Source: Deferrisomatales bacterium
Lineage (GTDB): Bacteria; Desulfobacterota; Deferrisomatia; Deferrisomatales; JACRMM01
Length of the DNA stretch: 17,675 bases
Direction of reading: 5' to 3'
Assembly: GCA_033551855.1 (NCBI GenBank)
Contig: JAWSUI010000071.1
Location: 1 to 17,675 of the forward strand
Positions 15,104-17,675 of the stretch are shown one piece after another (the stretch's first letter is position 1; every line of letters starts with the position of its first letter). The notes under the pieces were generated by a model that had not been told where the DNA came from, searched no databases, and was given only the letters and a program-made list of their open reading frames with translations. The translations under genes were made by a program, and so were the position numbers.

Positions 15104-17675
15104 TCACGCAGCAGGGCGATAATCTTTCATGAGGAGCGAGTTCGTTACCACGGACACGCTCGAGAAGGCCATGGCCGCGCCGGCGATCATGGGGTTGAGG
15201 AGCCAACCGGTGAACGGGTACAGGACGCCGGCGGCTATGGGGATGCCCACCGTGTTGTAGACGAAGGCCCAGAAGAGGTTCTGGCGGATCTTGCGCATGG
15301 TGTACCGGCTCAGGTCCATGGCCCGCACCACGTCGCGCAGGTCGTCCTTGACCAGCACGATGTCGGCCGACTCGATCGCCACGTCGGTGCCCGTCCCGAT
15401 GGCGATGCCGACGTCGGCCTGGGTGAGAGCGGGCGCGTCGTTGATCCCATCCCCCACCATGGCAACCTTGAGCCCCTCTTCCTGCAGTTTCCGCACCTCC
15501 CGGGCCTTGTCCGCCGGCAGCACTTCCGCCAGGACCCGTTCGATCCCCACCTGACGTCCGATGGCCTCGGCGGTGCGCCGGTTGTCGCCCGTGAGGAGCA
15601 CCACCTGCACCCCGCGCCCTTTCAGGGCCCGCACGGCGGCGGCGGAGTGCTCCTTGAGGGTGTCCGCCACCGCGAGCACCCCGGCGGGCCGTCCGTCCAC
15701 CGCCACGCACAGGGCGGTCTTGCCCTCCGCTTCGAACCCCTCCTTGTGGGGGCGCAGAGGGTCTGCGTCCACCCCGCTCTCGGCGAGGAAGCGATCGGTC
15801 CCGACCAGGACACGCCGCCCGCCCACGTCCGCCCCCACCCCCTTGCCGGGAACGGCCTCGAAGTCCCGCGCCGGGGGGAGCTCCAGCCCTCGCTCGCGGG
15901 CAGCGGCCACCACCCCTTCCCCCAAGGCGTGCTCCGAGCCGGTCTCCGCCGCGGCCGCCAGGGCGAGTACCTCGTCGGCCGAGAACCCCTCCAGGGGCGC
16001 CTCGCCCGCGAGCCGGGGCTCCCCGCGGGTGAGGGTGCCGGTCTTGTCGAAGACCACGGCCTGCACGCCGCCCGCGCCCTGCAGCGCCGCCGCGCCCTTG
16101 ATCAGGATGCCGAGCTCCGCCCCCTTTCCGGTGCCCACCATGACCGCCGTGGGCGTGGCGAGCCCCAGAGCACAGGGACAGGCGATGATGAGCACCGCGA
16201 TGAACGCGCTCAGGGCGAAGGCGACCTCGGCGTCGGGGGGGGTCATCCACACGTGGAAGGCCAAGACCCCGATCCCCACCACCACCGGCACGAAGACCCC
16301 CGATACGCGGTCGGCGAGGTCCTGGATCGGTGCCTTCGAGCCCTGGGCCTCCTCCACCAGGTGGACGATCTGGGCCAGCGCGGTCTCGCTCCCCACCCGG
16401 GTTGCCTCGAACAGGAAGGTTCCCGTCTTGTTCACGGTCGCCCCGATCACCACGCTGCCGGGCCCCTTCTCCACCGGGATCGACTCCCCGGTGATCATGG
16501 ACTCGTCCACCGCCGAGCGGCCCTCGGTCACCCTGCCGTCCACGGGGATCTTCTCCCCGGGCCGCACCCGGAGGAGGTCGCCCACCTCCACCTCCTCCAC
16601 CGGGAGCTCGGTCTCCTCCCCGCCGCGGATCACCCGCGCCGTCTTGGGCTGGAGCCCCATGAGCTTCTTGATGGCCTCGCTGGTCTTGCCCTTGGCCACC
16701 GCCTCCAGGGTCTTCCCCAGGAGGATGAAGGCCAGGAGAAGGCCGGCCACCTCGTAGTAGAAGTGACCCCCTCCCTGGAAGGTCCGGTACAGGCTGTAGA
16801 GGTAGGCGCTGCCCGTGCCGATGGCGACCAGGCTGTCCATGTTGGGGGTAAGGTTCCACAAGGCCCTCGCCCCGTTGACGTAGAAGTTGAACCCAGCGAT
16901 CACGATGGGAGTGCACAGGGCGAGTTGCAGGAGCCCCATCTGCCGGTGGGAGAGGGCCGGCACCGGGAGCCCGACCATCTCCCCCATGGCCACATAGAGG
17001 AGGGGTAGCGCGAAGGACCACGCCACCAGGAGCCGCAGGCGGAAGAGCCGGGCCTCCGCCCCTCGGGCCTCGGCCTCGGCGTCCCGGCCCTCGGCCGGCC
17101 GGGCACCGTACCCGGCCGCCTTCACCGCCTCGATCATCCGGGACACGCGGACCCGGGCGGGGTCGTAGGCGACCCGGGCCTTGGCGGTGGCCAGGTTCAC
17201 CGAGGCGGCCTCCACCCCCGGCAGGGCCCGCAGGGCCTCTTCCACCACGTCGGCGAAGTGGGCCGAGTCGACCCCCGATAGGGAGAGCTCCGCCGTGCGC
17301 TCGGACCCCGCCTCCCGCACGCCGTACCCGGCCTTGCGCACCGCCTCCACCAGGTCCTCGTGCCGGACGCGGCCCGGGTCGAGCTCGACGTAGGCCTTGG
17401 AGGCCGCGAAGTTCACGTTCGCCACCGCCACCCCGCCCACGCGGCGCAGGCTCTTCTCGATCGCCGCCGCGCAGGAGGCGCAACTCATGCCCGTGAGGTC
17501 CAGGACCTCTTTCTCGGCGGAACCTCCTCCGGCACCGGGCAGCGGCCGCGAGGCGCGCTCCGGCGCCTCCGGCTCGGGCATCTCCTGGGGCGGCTCGGCT
17601 TCCTCCGCCCGGTAGGCCGCCAACACCCCCGCCGGGTCGGCCTCGAACCGCTCCCGACACCGGGGGTTGCAGAAG
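15104..17675 (-). CDS. copA: Copper(I)-translocating P1B-1 ATPase, 5'-truncated, with YHS and HMA domains
   Basis: [32 protein letters not shown] and MAFSS (P1B-1 ligands); HMA GMSCASC. The frame stays open to the window end and reads [14 protein letters not shown] (YHS C-terminus). Confidence 0.95.
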   Translation of the reverse strand, partial: FCNPRCRERFEADPAGVLAAYRAEEAEPPQEMPEPEAPERASRPLPGAGGGSAEKEVLDLTGMSCASCAAAIEKSLRRVGGVAVANVNFAASKAYVELDPGRVRHEDLVEAVRKAGYGVREAGSERTAELSLSGVDSAHFADVVEEALRALPGVEAASVNLATAKARVAYDPARVRVSRMIEAVKAAGYGARPAEGRDAEAEARGAEARLFRLRLLVAWSFALPLLYVAMGEMVGLPVPALSHRQMGLLQLALCTPIVIAGFNFYVNGARALWNLTPNMDSLVAIGTGSAYLYSLYRTFQGGGHFYYEVAGLLLAFILLGKTLEAVAKGKTSEAIKKLMGLQPKTARVIRGGEETELPVEEVEVGDLLRVRPGEKIPVDGRVTEGRSAVDESMITGESIPVEKGPGSVVIGATVNKTGTFLFEATRVGSETALAQIVHLVEEAQGSKAPIQDLADRVSGVFVPVVVGIGVLAFHVWMTPPDAEVAFALSAFIAVLIIACPCALGLATPTAVMVGTGKGAELGILIKGAAALQGAGGVQAVVFDKTGTLTRGEPRLAGEAPLEGFSADEVLALAAAAETGSEHALGEGVVAAARERGLELPPARDFEAVPGKGVGADVGGRRVLVGTDRFLAESGVDADPLRPHKEGFEAEGKTALCVAVDGRPAGVLAVADTLKEHSAAAVRALKGRGVQVVLLTGDNRRTAEAIGRQVGIERVLAEVLPADKAREVRKLQEEGLKVAMVGDGINDAPALTQADVGIAIGTGTDVAIESADIVLVKDDLRDVVRAMDLSRYTMRKIRQNLFWAFVYNTVGIPIAAGVLYPFTGWLLNPMIAGAAMAFSSVSVVTNSLLMKDYRPAA

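Noticed and set aside
2..17660. Many long overlapping ORFs (e.g. 2..1699 +, 1943..5362 -, 2020..3987 +, 5295..7145 +, 11280..13772 +, 14427..17660 -, 14786..17008 +)
   Set aside because: Antisense or off-frame shadows of recognisable genes in high-GC DNA; low-complexity translations with no motifs.

Overview
GC-rich (~70%) bacterial chromosomal segment whose gene content and order suggest Desulfobacterota/Deferrisoma-like deltaproteobacteria (inference). Minus strand: a 33-aa ORF followed by rnj-uppP-ftsK-lolA-rimO, with rimO running off the left edge. Plus strand: rplM-rpsI, a terminator, then argC. These are followed by an exported hypothetical protein, a DUF2007 protein, a minus-strand sulfite-reductase-like/metI/metC operon, a His-rich CxxC thioredoxin-fold lipoprotein, and a 5'-truncated Cu(I) P1B-ATPase. 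The proteins are mostly housekeeping. The most unusual signal is non-coding: a ~60-bp dispersed repeat with about 6 full or partial copies, some in divergent pairs. In four cases its 3' end lies 14-15 bp upstream of a sigma70-like -35 box (uppP, rplM, argC, and a promoter that faces a hairpin-rich segment with no ORF). No CRISPR array, tRNA, rRNA or transposase gene was seen.
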